Position numbers and translations under genes: made by a program
Shown here: piece by piece, positions 25,766 to 40,005 of the stretch
Layout of the letters: each line of letters starts with the position of its first letter
Numbering within the stretch: the first letter of the stretch is position 1
The notes under the pieces: model-generated
Database searches by the model: none
What the model saw: only the letters and a program-made list of their open reading frames with translations
Told to the model about the DNA's origin: nothing
Origin: Chrysomallon squamiferum
Taxonomy: Eukaryota > Animalia > Mollusca
Reading direction: 5' to 3'
Length of the DNA stretch: 64,000 nt
NCBI GenBank assembly: GCA_012295275.1
Contig: CM022672.1
Location: 992,001 to 1,056,000 of the forward strand

Positions 25766-27280
25766 GAACAGAGTTTTAAAAGTGAGAGAAATAACGTGAG
25801 TCCTAGATAATGAAGATCAAAAGGTGAGAAACAGAGAAACAGACAGACAGACAGAATCAGAGAAAGAAGCAGAGACAGCTAAAGAAAACAAAACATGAAG
25901 AAACAACGAATTTGAAAGAAAGAAAGAAGAAGCAAACGAAATATAAAAAACAAACAAATAAGCACATTTACAGACACTAAGATTGTAATTCGGTGTTGTT
26001 TTTCACAGACTACACTCAAAGAACGTCTAACAAATGTATCAAAAATAATTTGTAAAATAAACAGTAGTCTCCATGCCATTGTTTATTACACAGTAACTGA
26101 TGAAATCCAACGTGTAATGTTTGAAAATGTGTCACTGTTAACTGAAGAAGGTAATAAGGTGAAAAGATGTGACAAACTCAGATTAAAACGGGAAGCTGTA
26201 AACTGTCAACATATTCAATGATTATCTTCACCGAGTTTTTAGGAAATCGACAGTTATCATCACTGAAGTTGTCAGTTTCGAATACTTGCTTCCATTCTAA
26301 AACTGAAAAATACATATATATATATATATATAAAATCAAGTAACATAATAGTAAAGATAACAATAAAATGGTATTATTATAAAAATAAATAATAAGTAAT
26401 AATATAATAATAACTGTTATACGCTCACACACACATAGAGGCAACATACACCTGCATGAATGAAAGCATAATTGTATGCATGCACACATACACTTACACG
26501 CTCATACATATACAAACACAGATATACCTACATTCAGAAAAACTACACACACATGCAAAATCAATCATTGCGTGAAAAAATAATATAACAAACCCGGTCA
26601 ACTAATATTAATAATAAATAAATAAAAAATGGTACTTTCGTGCATGCCAAAACCACGGCAGTTCAAGGGTATGATGGCCCAGTTAGCAATCTGGCTGATT
26701 AAACTTGGAAGACTGAAGTAAAACGAAGGCTGCAAAAAACGTTATCAGACCCTTGCAAATGTTTATATATTATTCGCTTTTTCTCTCTAGTATTTTCCAA
26801 CTCATTGACTCTGTGGCCTGTACAGACGGGTCACTGTTCTGTTTATTGAAAATCGATACCACGTTCTAAAGGTTCCTGTGGGCAAGGAAATGATGACTTA
26901 TGTGTTTGCAGAGCTATCGGCCGCCTATCTTTAATTTGTGTCTGTTCATATCCATATTACTGTTAAAAAGTAGCAGGGCAAAGAGAAATTCCAATGAAGG
27001 AAGATGGTATTTGGAAAAGTAATGGGTGGCATTTTCTTCAATTAAAATCATAAGTGGTTAGAGCGTAACTGATGAAGAGGAAGGAGATTTCCTAAAGAAC
27101 TGAATGCTTTAGTAACCAGTGGTATGGGGACATTGTTGGTATAATACTAGACAAAATTAACACGAGTGGTAATTATCGGTAATTCAAATTACCGTAAAAA
27201 CACCGAGAATAAAATGTAACAGTTGGATATATATGTGTGTGTGTGTTCTAACAATGTTACATTGTTAGGCAATAGGTAAT

Positions 27281-27283
<3 letters not shown>

Positions 27284-27357
<74 letters not shown>

Positions 27358-27463
27358 TACGAATGAAACTGTTAGTTATATCGTAGCATATTTTCCGTAA
27401 CGACAGTTTTCCAAGGAATCAGATAAAATGTTTCATCGCAGTTTAACAGCAAAATATGTACTA

Positions 27464-27511
<48 letters not shown>

Positions 27512-27673
27512 ATATATATATATATATTTATGGTGCGTGTGTGTGTGTATTTATGGTGTGTATGTGTGTGTGTGTGTGAGTGTGTGTGTGTGTGTCAGTA
27601 GTACATATTTTGATGTTAAATTGCGATGAAACTGTCGTTACAGATAATATACCACGAAATTACTAACAGTTTC
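27284..27673. mobile_element. Foldback/MITE-like element with (CA)n(TA)n(TG)n core, copy B
   Basis: Imperfect ~80-100 bp inverted arms (GAAACTGTTAGT...TATGTACTACT / AGTAGTACATA...ACTAACAGTTTC) around self-complementary microsatellites; preceded by (CT)n. Confidence 0.7.
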
Positions 27674-28041
27674 GTTTTACTTTAGAGGCCCTGTTGTCTA
27701 GACATCCATTTGTCGAAATAACGTAAAAAGAGGGAAAACGTGCAATGCTGGGAGTCAATTAAAAAAGTGCTCTAACTCTAAGTAGGAATTTCTCTGTTAG
27801 TTTTCTTCACACGTAAGAAGTTAACATTTTTGTTTGAGAATCCTGGTTCAAGTCCTGTTAACTGAGGTGAAATAAATAATAACTGGACAAACGTAGTAAA
27901 CATTAATGTAAAAGCTGTACTTTTATGAAATAATCCATCTAATGGAAAAAAGAGAGCGGGAAAACACATTGTTATAATTTACTTTGACAGGTGTCTCATT
28001 ATTATTATTATTACAATTTTCTTAGTTGTTTATATAGTTGA

Positions 28042-28078
<37 letters not shown>

Positions 28079-29797
28079 ACAAAGGCATGCATTTTTGTAT
28101 ACAGAAGTTAACCTGAACAAAACGAAAGAACACAAAAGGTGATTTTTTGTGGGGTTTCTTTTTTTTCTTTCTTCCCTTTAACAATAACATATCATCAGAT
28201 GTCGGTAAACAAATATTCATTCATTCATCCAGTTAGTGGTTCAGCGGTGAGTGTTACGTATTTCTTGAACACAAACGAAGTACAAGCATCCAGTTCAGTC
28301 CTAAGTATTTCCTTCTGTGTCACAAGAGGTACTGCATTTCCGTAATAGGAAATTGGCTGTGTTTATTTTTAAAACACTACTACTAATGAAATTATTCCCA
28401 TACAGTGTATGCTGGCAAGAATATACGAAATACTCAGAAAGCACTTAGTGCGATGACTCTGCTATTAACGGAATCGGTTGTATGTATATATAGAATATGC
28501 TTAAATAATACGTTGCCAGCGCAACCAAAAATATTTAGCTGATGCACGGAGAAAAGCTTTTATGAAGCAGCCTATTCGACCGTGACAAAATCTCTGTAGT
28601 AACCAAGAAATGTGGCGACAATACAGCCTTGGAGCTTTTGTGGTTAGGCCTCTATTTTTAGAATGTCAGATATCAGGATCGTATCCTGAGTCCGGTTCCA
28701 AACTTGAAGAAATCCAAAGAATGCAAGATCACGTGTTAATGTGTTAGAAGAACATGAAAAAGAAAGACGTACTTGAATTGTTAGTGAACATGAGTTCATT
28801 TCAAATTCTGACTGATAGTCTTTAGACTGATTAGATGCAGGGATTGATTATTAATGCCAACTTTAACTGGGGAAAGACAAGTAAAATACTCTATTTGTCT
28901 TCTCTGCAACGCTAACACTGACTTTGACAAATAAGACAGAATTATAGGTTTTTATAGGTATCAAGAACTGAAATAGCAAAATTAATTGATTGATCGAGGC
29001 AATATATTATTATCATCATAAGCATCATCGTCATCACAACCAACATCACCATCATTATTATCATCTTCACCATTGTATTATTAATATAATTAATGTTATT
29101 ATTATCATTCGTCATAATATGATAGTTTTGGTATCGTCTATAAAAGTGAAATATTAAAATGACACAACAGTTTTCCTTTAATTCACTAGTTTGACATAAA
29201 GTTAATTTCATTTATGTATACACTCATTACAAAACGATTTAATGTTTCCTTTAGAAAATTAATATCCGTTTTTGAAAATAACAAACAATAGCATAAAACA
29301 GATGCATGAAATTCGCTGTGTGTATCTACGTGTGCATGTGCGTCTGTGTTTCTGTGTGTATATGGTTGTGTGAGTTTGTATAGTAAACAAACAAAAATAA
29401 AGAACACAAACTTGGGTCAGAAAATACTGACATGTACAAAATGATAATATGTTTTAAAAGGATGTGAATCATTGTTTTTTGGACCAAAATTTATTGCACG
29501 TTAAGAATTTCATGTGTCTGCGAACAAAAAGATAATGAAATAAATGAGAACAAACTGTCCATGATCCCTCAATTTGTTTGGTTCAGTATATAATTATATG
29601 TATATTACTTGCGTTACTGCAATTTCCGCTTCTCGTTATTAACTCGCTTCTACTCACATTTTCTCGTTAGGAGGTTATAAATGACTCCAAATTTAAGCTA
29701 CGGTCATATACAGTGATAGTGGACATAGTTCTTAAGATGAAATCAGTTTTTTTATTTATTTTGTGATTACGATGATCATGTACTACACGATCACGAT

Positions 29798-30084
29798 CGA
29801 TTTTCCGGACACTGATGGTCCGGAAATTATTTTAAACCGGATAAAATTAGGATAGACTTTTGGTATTTATCTAATTTACATATAATATTTTTTAATTTAA
29901 TAAACTGTTTTTACTGATTCATCTCATGTTAAGAAACAGGTACCATTTATATTAATACATATAATCAGTTAATTAACATTTAAGACGTATTGTTGAAATA
30001 TTATGTGACATCTTTTGGTCCGGATAAAGTGATAATCCAGAATGCTTTTGAACCAACGATTCCGGAAAATCGGTGGTATGCCTG
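29798..30084. mobile_element. Degenerate MITE-like relic
   Basis: CGATTTTCCGGA (29798-29809) is inverted with TCCGGAAAATCG (30061-30072); internal TTTCCGGAC/GTCCGGAAA hairpin; right end GGTATGCCTG. Confidence 0.45.
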
Positions 30085-30913
30085 TGTAACTCCTACTATT
30101 ATACCACTGCGACTACTACTGCTACTACTACCACTGCTATAACTACTACTACTACTGCTGATACTACTACAACTATCACTAAACAATTATCGCCGGCGGC
30201 CATTTTGAATTAAAAAAAAAAAAAAACTAAAGTAGCAACATTCATCGGTTTTGACTTTAGTGTAACCTAAATGACCAGATTTTCAATAAAACTGAGTATG
30301 CCAGTGGCTATCAGATTTTTATCATTTTAAAGAGCCAAATTTAATTTCCGAGCATAAATAAATACATATAATATAAAAGTGTATCGATCATTCATTCGGT
30401 CTACAGCAAACTGACTGCATCACTTTAAAATAAATAATTTTTCATATCTGGTCAGCGGATACATATGTAAATATGGCAGACAGGTACAGAGCCAAAAATA
30501 ATCTTATCTCTGCAGTTATTGCAAAGATATAGTTTATATATATATATATTAAAAATAAATACTGATTAACGGTAGCTTTATCCAGACAAAAATTCAACAT
30601 GGAGCTTTTATTTAATTTTTTTAATTTATTTATTTTATTTTACGTTATTACATATATATATATTGAACTCTGGGATTCGATAAAATAATTGTTACTTAAA
30701 GTATATTTTATCTTCATGTTTAAATGATACACATTCATAATTGCATTAATCTTCCGAAATGTATGGAAGTGACTATGTAATAACACACTCCATCGTTCTA
30801 TCTCTCTCAAATAATTATATGTGGAAGAATTAAAACTATGCATAAAACTTTGGAACTTAAATTTAATAAAACAAGTAATACAAATAAATATAAATTATTT
30901 TATATATAGCATT

Positions 30914-30955
<42 letters not shown>

Positions 30956-31479
30956 AAGCACGCGCGCGCGCACGCACACACACACACACACACACTAATT
31001 ACTCGGGCTGAAACTGTTAATATCAGTAGTGATTATCTAAACTTCTCCCCCGTAAAATTGTTATATTTATATTTAATTGATTCATTTATTCCTGGAAATT
31101 TTAGGTTGTTCAGTTATTATGAAAAGATATTCTGTGTAAATAAAACGTATGTATAATATATATAAATGTTTATATATTAACCAGGATAATAAATAGTGTT
31201 TTATTCATTCATGTGCATGTTTCCTGACGAGTAATTATTTTATAACAGTAGTAGCATTCCATTTCCTGTTTGTTTCTCCCTCGGAATTTGTAACAATATT
31301 TTATTTTTTACTCTATCTTTTGTAACATATTAAATAAACATAAGATAATTTAATACATACCTCTAGATGTGTGTATTACACGTATCAGAGCGTGTACAAT
31401 TTAAATATTGCATCGGCCTGGAAATTAATATTATCAAAATGTTTGTATTGTAATCGACCAGTAGGAAAATAGGATGGAA

Positions 31480-31990
31480 CAGCGAAGCTCTTTCTGGACG
31501 TTCTAGCTGATTTGCATATCAGGAAGCCCTAGCTTGTGATCTGGGTCAAATAGAAGGTTTTGATCTTTTGGATTGTGGGTGCTTTTATTCAGGTAAGTGA
31601 ATTCATATAAAGAAACATCCATATCTTCACTTAAGAATTCAATCAGTTATAAAATTAGAAATGTTGCCATGTTTTCTTTTTGATAAAACTGGTCTTGTAA
31701 TGGAGAGTGCATGAATATTTTCTCTGTACACTACAGAAGCCGGTACATTTATTTTGCTTGAGCAGCAGGAACGGTAAATATTTGGCAATATGCCATTTGT
31801 TTTTCTTTAACATTTTGTAGTTTAAGTTTTTTGGTAACGTTAACATGTATTAGTAAACTCCTTTAAATTTTAGTATGAGGAGAAATTGATTGCCGCCATT
31901 TTAAGATGAAAATCGTATGTCCGCCATTACTCATTTACTGTCAGGTGTGAGTAACTCGCTTGCTCGGCGCTATCGGTGAAAACAGACCTT
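31480..31990 (+). promoter_or_regulatory. Probable adducin promoter and noncoding first exon(s)
   Basis: Last CpG-rich patch before the CpG-poor gene body; octamer ATTTGCAT (~31510), YY1 GCCGCCATTTT (~31892), donors CAG|GTAAGT (31592/3) and GT|GTGAGT (~31946). Confidence 0.55.
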
Positions 31991-33725
31991 GGTCATTTTG
32001 TTAACAAATGTGAATGTATGAAATGAATTTATTTTATTTTGTTGTTGATAGGGATATAATAAATTTTGACTTGATATTGGTATGATACCAGTGTGAGTGA
32101 TTTAATTAAGTGCAATGAATCGAATGATCATGATGATAATTTTATTAATTACTAAATTAGTAATTATTGTGGAAAAAAAATTGGAATAATTAATGAATCT
32201 TTGATAAACGTTTACCAGTTGAAAAGGAGAGAACAACAACAACAACAACAACAGCAGAAAAAAAGTAACTTGAATAAAGTTTAATTAAATAAGACGTATA
32301 ACATTAAATATTATTAGAAATAAAAACAAATGTATGTTTTCATGTCTGGCCAATAGATGAATAGGCTAGAACAAAGCACCATGCATATTAAATGTATTTT
32401 AGATTGACATTTCCCCCTTCTGCATAATAAACAAGCCCAACTGAATAATTGTGGCAAGATCGTTTTAGATATTTTGTTTGTATCATAATAAAACTCTCAT
32501 TCCTTCTTAAATAAGTTGTTATTATTTCTGTTTAACTGAATAGTGTGTCAGTTTATAATTATTGTAATGTGAAATTTTTGGAACTGGAAGCCTTTAAATT
32601 CCAGACAATTTGGATTTGTCTTGTCTAATTTTCATATTATAACTTTTTATGGTTTCCTCACAGATATTTGAGAAAGACTTGAAAAACCCCCCATTAATTC
32701 TCAAAATGACCATCTGTACTATGAGTTGTAAATTTTTTATACTTTTGATTAATCCATGATTGCACCCTCTTAGTCAGTTCATCTAAGGTCATTTTGCCCC
32801 ATACTGTGTCAGCTTGCCCTGACTTCAAATGTGGTTGTATGTTTGTTTCTTAGGGTGAATTATTTTAGTCCTTGTATTCCAAAAAATATGGATTATTGTC
32901 AAGTCTGTTTAAGTTATTCCTTATCATTTGTTAATTTCTATGCTGTATTTTTTAAGTTTTATTTTTAATACATATTAAAACAATACACAATGTTTTGATA
33001 TATTTCTTTGCATTTTCAGTTTAATAGCTGGGATTGCACCTGAGCCAGCTGATATGAATTACGATGCAAATTGTCATTTTTTTCAGTCACAGATGATGTT
33101 TAAATAACTGTTTCTAAATAATATCCTCATGCGCAAGTTATTGTGTTCATCTGCACTAAAAAGCAGAAAGAGCAGGGTTTTTAAAATTTGTATTTCTTCC
33201 TGTAAATGTACCTGTAAGCACTGAGTGCTGATTTTTTGGCAAAAAAGATGCGACTAATGATTGTGTTAGATATAAAATTCTGCCAGTGTAAACTTATGAT
33301 ATCACTAAATAATTCCACAGAGAATATCATTTAAAAATATATTTTTATAAATTATCAGCAAGATCCCTCAGAAGTAGTTTGAGTAAAACATACAAAGTAT
33401 AGAATTCTTCTAAGGTTCAGTTTGCTATTCCAGTCAACACTGTAGAAATTAAAAGCAGTAGTGGCTCTTACCATGGGGAAAATCATAGCCACAGGAAATT
33501 GCTTCATATGTTAACTCTGTATTCTATGTTGTTCTTAATGTATTTTGAACAATTATAATTTAATAGTTCAAAAATGTATTTCCTACATAAAGTGTTAAGG
33601 GTCAAACAAAATTTGAAGTGGAAGGGCAAAGAATGTAGATCTGCAGTCTTAGTGTATTATTATTATGATTTATTATAAATCTATGTACAAAATATTTAAT
33701 ATACTTGTTTATAATGTAAATATTG

Positions 33726-33771
<46 letters not shown>

Positions 33772-36700
33772 AATCTGATATATGAAAATCTTGGTTATAC
33801 CAATAGTACATATTTGAAAACTCTTGCACATTTCCTGTTTTTGCATAACACACCCTCTAATTTGAATTAACATTATTAGTCACTTTTATTTGACCTACAG
33901 TACTACCAATAAAGAAAACAATATTCTAATTGATGTGTTTCAAAATAAACAAATCTTGCAGATAGAGAGTGCTAGGAAATATTTGTTTTAATATAGACAT
34001 TTAGATAAATTAAATAAAAAATCATAAATATAAATCTGTTTTATGGAATCCTGTACATAATATTAGAACAACCGATATTTCTTTTTATATTATATATTTA
34101 AAAAAGATAAATAAACTAGTAGTATACTTAAACTTTGTGAATAATGTATCATGGTTTTTTTTTGTTTTTTCATAAAGATATTTATTTTGGTTAGTGTGCT
34201 GTATGTTGTGGATTTGTTTTCTTTTTTTTTCTATTTCATTGACTTTAAAAAGAAATTCCTTACTGTTAATTTATATATTATACTGTTTTGGAATAAAAAC
34301 ATTCAAAATATCTTGATATTACACAAAGCTTATCAACCTTTCTTAAAAAATAACATATTTTCAGACAGAATAACAAAATAGAGTAACAAAATTGCCTCAC
34401 AGAAAATTTACACATATATATATATATATATATATATAAGTGACATGATAGTCTAAATGAAAATCAGGCTGATTATATCTCTTGGGAAGTGATGATTATA
34501 TTGACAAAAGAGATTGTTTCCGGTCATTAGATGACACTTGTGAATTTACAGGATGATTTCCAGTTGTCATAATGTGGAGCAAACCTGTTTGCAAATACTG
34601 GATAGAGGACTTGATAAGAAATTTATTGTAAGTTTTCAGTTGTGCATGAAAACACACACAGTTTAAAATTTGTTTTACTGTTTTACTTATTTTGAAGCAT
34701 GTAGGAAAAAGAAAAGAAAAAAGATAGAAACATACTGTCCTTTTGTTCAGACCATTTGTTTACTTAACCAGTAATATTCTTCTTAATCTTGCTTTTCTAT
34801 ATGGACTGCAAGTTGATTAAATTAACACAAGACTTGATCAAGATTGACACGTTACGAAAAAAATTAAATGTTCAAATTTGTCCAAGTTGCTCTGTTGATT
34901 TACATTGACAGACTTGTGTGTATGGGAGTTTCAGAGTTCAGTACTCTGAATTTGTGTCCCTGCTCTGAATTTGCACTGAACCAGATCCCCAGATGACCTT
35001 TCAACATTATATTCGGGTTGACATGATGCAATGAAATATGTTGTCATTAAGTAGGACTGTTTTGATGACTGACAGTCATTGCATAGTGGGGAGCTGGTTT
35101 AGGTAAGTGGTTATATATGAACAATTAATTTTAATGTCATATTATTTTCTATTTTGTAATGTTTCTATAAGTATAGTAAATTTATGAAGAGTATGAATAT
35201 TATGTATGCTTTGGTTAAATATTATTGTTAAATACACTGTTACTGAAATATAAATAATAAACTCTCTTAACATAAATATTGATTAGAACACAGAACTCTT
35301 GTCCAGGCCACATAAATACATATTTACAAAAACAACGCTAAAAATTTACAACATATCTTTTTATGTTGAATTTCTGTTTTTAATAAACATCTATTTTAAT
35401 TAATTCATGGCTTGTCATCAAATATTAAAATTATATCTGGTTTCAGCTTGCTTAAATGTTTCATATAAATAAATCATTTAAAATTGGTGTATATTTTCTG
35501 AAATATTTTACATTTTTGTTTCATTGTATTAATTCTCTCTTTGTCAACACACACGCACACACACACACACACACACAGCTTAAGTGACCCTAACTAAAAA
35601 TGTATGTACTACATAGCATACAACTGATGTTTCTGTTTGGGGTCAGGTCTTTATATGTAGCTCCAGATCCTATTAAGCACAGCTGTCAAATGGCTACGTG
35701 TATAGGTAAATCTAGAGAGTAAACAAGCAAACATTCACACTTGTGGAGGAGCCAAACAACCACACATGATAAGACCTTTCATTGAAATGAAATTGAGTGA
35801 GAGCAGACTACAATGAAATCTCTTATTATACAATGATCCTATTACAGATTCAAGGCGACTGACCAATCTGCCTGAATATGTAAAATTTGTATTGTAATTA
35901 ATATATATTTTATCTCATGCTAATAATTATTAAATACTGTACACTTAAAAATGATGTCAGCTTTCAGTCTTCAGTGCTTAGACGTTTGGTACCACTTACA
36001 CATACTTGTTCTGACATCTTTGCTAAGAATTAACTGACATACAGCTGTTGTACATAACAGATGTTATGAAAAATTAATTCAAATTATTTAGATTGTTAAT
36101 AGTAATTTAAATACTATATATAATGTAATCAATGTATATAAATGCAAATTTTTAATTACAGTTTAATAGTTTAATATATATTGATCACATTTTTAGTTGT
36201 TTTATAAAACAAATCAAAACAACCCTATCCCACAGAAATAAATAATAAAAAAACCAAAACACCTGGCAACAAAGACAATAAATAAATAAATAAATTTAAA
36301 AAATGAACTTTCTACAAACTGTAAAGTGGACGTTGTTAACACTGCAAAAACAAGGGTATCCCTAGTGGTTGGCGGTTTCTATTATTCCACTCTGTTTATT
36401 GATTAGGTCAGCAAATGGTTTCCCTTTCCATTATTATACTATGTCTGGTCATTAACATAAATATGTTTATAGAAATATCCCAGTTCACTGTGAAATTGAT
36501 CATGATTAAGATCACCATTAATATTAATGGATATATGTGTCTGCATTCTCTTGAACTAACTGCTTCATAATTATCAGTATTTTCTACAATTTGCTGTCAG
36601 TAAATAGGTATTACAAACCAAATATCATTAAGACATATTATGTAGGGGTAAACATTTTTGGTATCTAATCTTAATTACTTAATTAAATCTTATATTAAAT

Positions 36701-38837
36701 ACAGGTACAATTAAAATGGTATATTAATTAAAATGAATAGAAACTAGTTTTGTAAATTATTAAAAAGAACATAAACTCTATCAAAAGAAATAATGCTGTT
36801 GAATATTTCATAATTGGAAATAAATAAAAAAGTTTTTTTATTACTCAATCTATGTTCTTAACAATTACATTTCAAAACTAATGGTATTATAGGACCTTTT
36901 ATTTTTTTATTTTCTAAAGGTTGATATCAGGTCACCTTGATCAGCCATCTTGTTTTCAGAGCAGTCATTGAGTGTTCTGCTGTCTTGTCCTGGCCTTGGG
37001 ATGTGTAGTCTTGTGTTCAGTGAGGTGTGACAGATAGCCATTCACAATGTGTTAGACTAGTTCATGTGATGGCTGAGGATCAGTGAAATGTTTTTAGTCA
37101 CATGAGCTACCCAGGGGTCAGTTTCAGTTTTTAGAAGTCTCTAACAATGTATTTGAATTGCCTGGGTATCATTCACAGTAGGAAATGTTCTGTTTAGAAA
37201 CAGATGAAACTTTTAATGTCTGGTCACAAACATTTACAGATCATTGCATGCTTTTAAAAAGAACATATGCAAGTTGGATTCTGCATACTGATGTATTTGA
37301 TAAACACTAAAACAGTTCAGTTTTTCTTCAGTTTTTTTTGAAAATTCTATAACAACTATAATAAAGAAAGGGCAAAAAAAAAAAAAAAAAAAATCCCCAT
37401 AAATCAGTTTTATTACTCATAGTAGTTTCAGTCAGTGTTAGGCAGGAATTTTATTTTGGTAGTATATGAATTTTCTTTGTTGGTGTTTATTTGGCTTCTT
37501 GACATTTTTCTAATCATATAACATTTTTTTGTAAAATGTACCTGTGTTGAATAACAAGCTAGTCGTTTTAATGACATAAAGGGTGTCTCTTTGCCAGTGT
37601 TGAGTATCTAGGTTAAATAAGATCCTGTCTGAGAATAGCATTCAACGATTAATAAAGTGCTGAGAACATATCTCATTTCATTCTGTCTTCAGATGAAGGA
37701 GAAACAGGTGTGATTTTGAATTTTCATCATTTTAAGTGTGGTTTTGCTATCGTGATAAAAATTGTTGAAATCATTTTCCATTTATTATGCTGTATTTTAT
37801 GAAATTACTATATGGTGTGATTGTAAATTAGGCAAAGAATTGAATACAGATTTAAAAAAACAATTTTTTTTATTTTATTTTATTTCATTTTATACAAATT
37901 TATGACAGCTTAAATTAGAAAAGTTTTCCAAATTTCTTAAATACTGAAAAAAATATTGTGGATACAATAGATAGCATCCTTAACTATCTACACTTGTTGA
38001 GTTCCAGCTCTGAGTTATGAATATAAATTAAATAATTGTTAAAAGTTTATTCTAGATAATTGACCAATATTGTAATTTATCATAGGAATGTTTTTTTAAT
38101 TGAAGTGATCTGGATTTTCTTTTTCAGTATACAAATATAACCATGTTATGTTAACAACCATATCCATTAGCTATTCATATGCTGAAAATTTGAATGAAGT
38201 TTTGACTAAAGAATTTATCCTTAATATTTGATGAATGATACTTAATCCAATTTCTTTTATGCTCTATTCTTAAAAATATTTTCTATATGAAAAATTATAT
38301 TACTATATTTTGTCATTCATTTTGAGACCTACAAGCAATTCAGCTAGATCAAACTGGATTTGTATTACCACATTGATAATTCCGAGTCTCAAATTCAGAG
38401 CAAAGCTTTATCTCTTAAGTATAAAAATCAAACCAACATACATGTTATTTTATTTATTACATGGTCCTGTCTTTCATTAAATATAATTTTTTATTCTTTA
38501 TTTTAAACATGGGCCCTATTTGCCTTTTGATGTTATTTTTGGCATAGAAAAAAGGAGAATAGATTTATTGATTCATGTTTCAATAATAAAATCTGTTTAC
38601 TTTTTTCCTCTTTTTAAGTTTCTTCAATTGCCTTAACATTCAAAATACATATGTATAATCTCATAAAATGGTCAAACGAATATATAATTTACATTATTTT
38701 ATGTGAAGAAGCTTTACTTAGCTTAGAATTTTGTTATAGAGTATATATATATAAAGAGATAGGGACCTGACCTTGAATCAAAGACATATTTGTTTGGAAT
38801 GCACTATTGATATAGCGTATGTTTTTGTGTAAGATCA

Positions 38838-38886
<49 letters not shown>

Positions 38887-39963
38887 GAGAGAGAAAATAA
38901 ATTTGCCTTGAAGCATATTGAGGTCAGATTCCTGGGCTGAAGATCAACAATAAAGTGTGTAACACAGCTTGTAACAGACACACAATATGGTACCACATTA
39001 TAAAAATACTCCGAGTTGTAGAGAAGCACATGTATCATATAGATTTATATTATCACACTATAGGCAGATTTGGGTCTGGCTGCTGTATTATTCTCCCGTT
39101 AATTGATAACACTTCTCCGCTTACGGCAATAAAGGCTGCATTCTTTTCCCTTGTTGTGGGCGGGGCTATGTGGTTGACCTATTTCTGATAGTGCACTGGT
39201 AGTTGGTATGGATGTGTGTCCTCTAATCTGAAGGCATTGGATAATGTGAGTATGTTTTCAAATTACAAATCATCACTTGTATGATTACACTTTAGTTGAC
39301 TTGCATGATCTTGTCTAGTGCAGAATTTTCTAGCCATATTTATGAGTTATTTGTGGAAAGTCAGAGTAAAGCTTAGTTGCAGTGGTTACGTGACTGGTGA
39401 AAAAAAATCTTATTGCATTGTTATGCCCATTACACAGTGCTGCTCTTCTTTTTACAACATTTTTAGGTGACTCTGTCATAATTTGTCCCTTCTTCACAGT
39501 GATGATTTTGCAGATACAGACAAATGAACATTAAAGAAACAGAACCTGTATATTACTGCATATGTTCAGCAAAGGCCAGGCAAACTGTAATCCAATATGT
39601 AGATCACAGTTGGAGTTGTTTTTTCTTTACTCTCCACTAGCAGAAAGTATGTATCTGGGACTGCCAGTGACACTGATATACTTGTTTGTTTATACATGTA
39701 TATGTATCTTTTCTTATGGTCTTAATATCTTAATGTTTAAGGCCAGACACAATGGCTGCTTTGATTCACAGCTAAAATGATCACATGTGGCAAAAATGTG
39801 AAAATAGTTCTTTTACTGCAGACATGAGAGGAAGTCTTTTAAAAAAAAATTAAACATAAAGATAAGAACATTTATTTGGTGTAATAGGTTGAAAAGTTCA
39901 GCTTTATTATTTTTTTAAAATTTTTATTATAATTTTTATTATTTTAAAAAATTGAAAAAATAT

Positions 39964-40005
<42 letters not shown>

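Noticed and set aside
30190-30215. GGCGGCCATTTTG as a promoter YY1 site
   Set aside because: Isolated, next to a MITE relic and poly-A; also a common transposon-internal motif.
7000-31400. DUSP nested in a long ERGIC1 first intron
   Set aside because: The ERGIC1 ATG exon was found at 1969-1988, downstream of DUSP; no evidence for an ERGIC1 exon upstream of DUSP.
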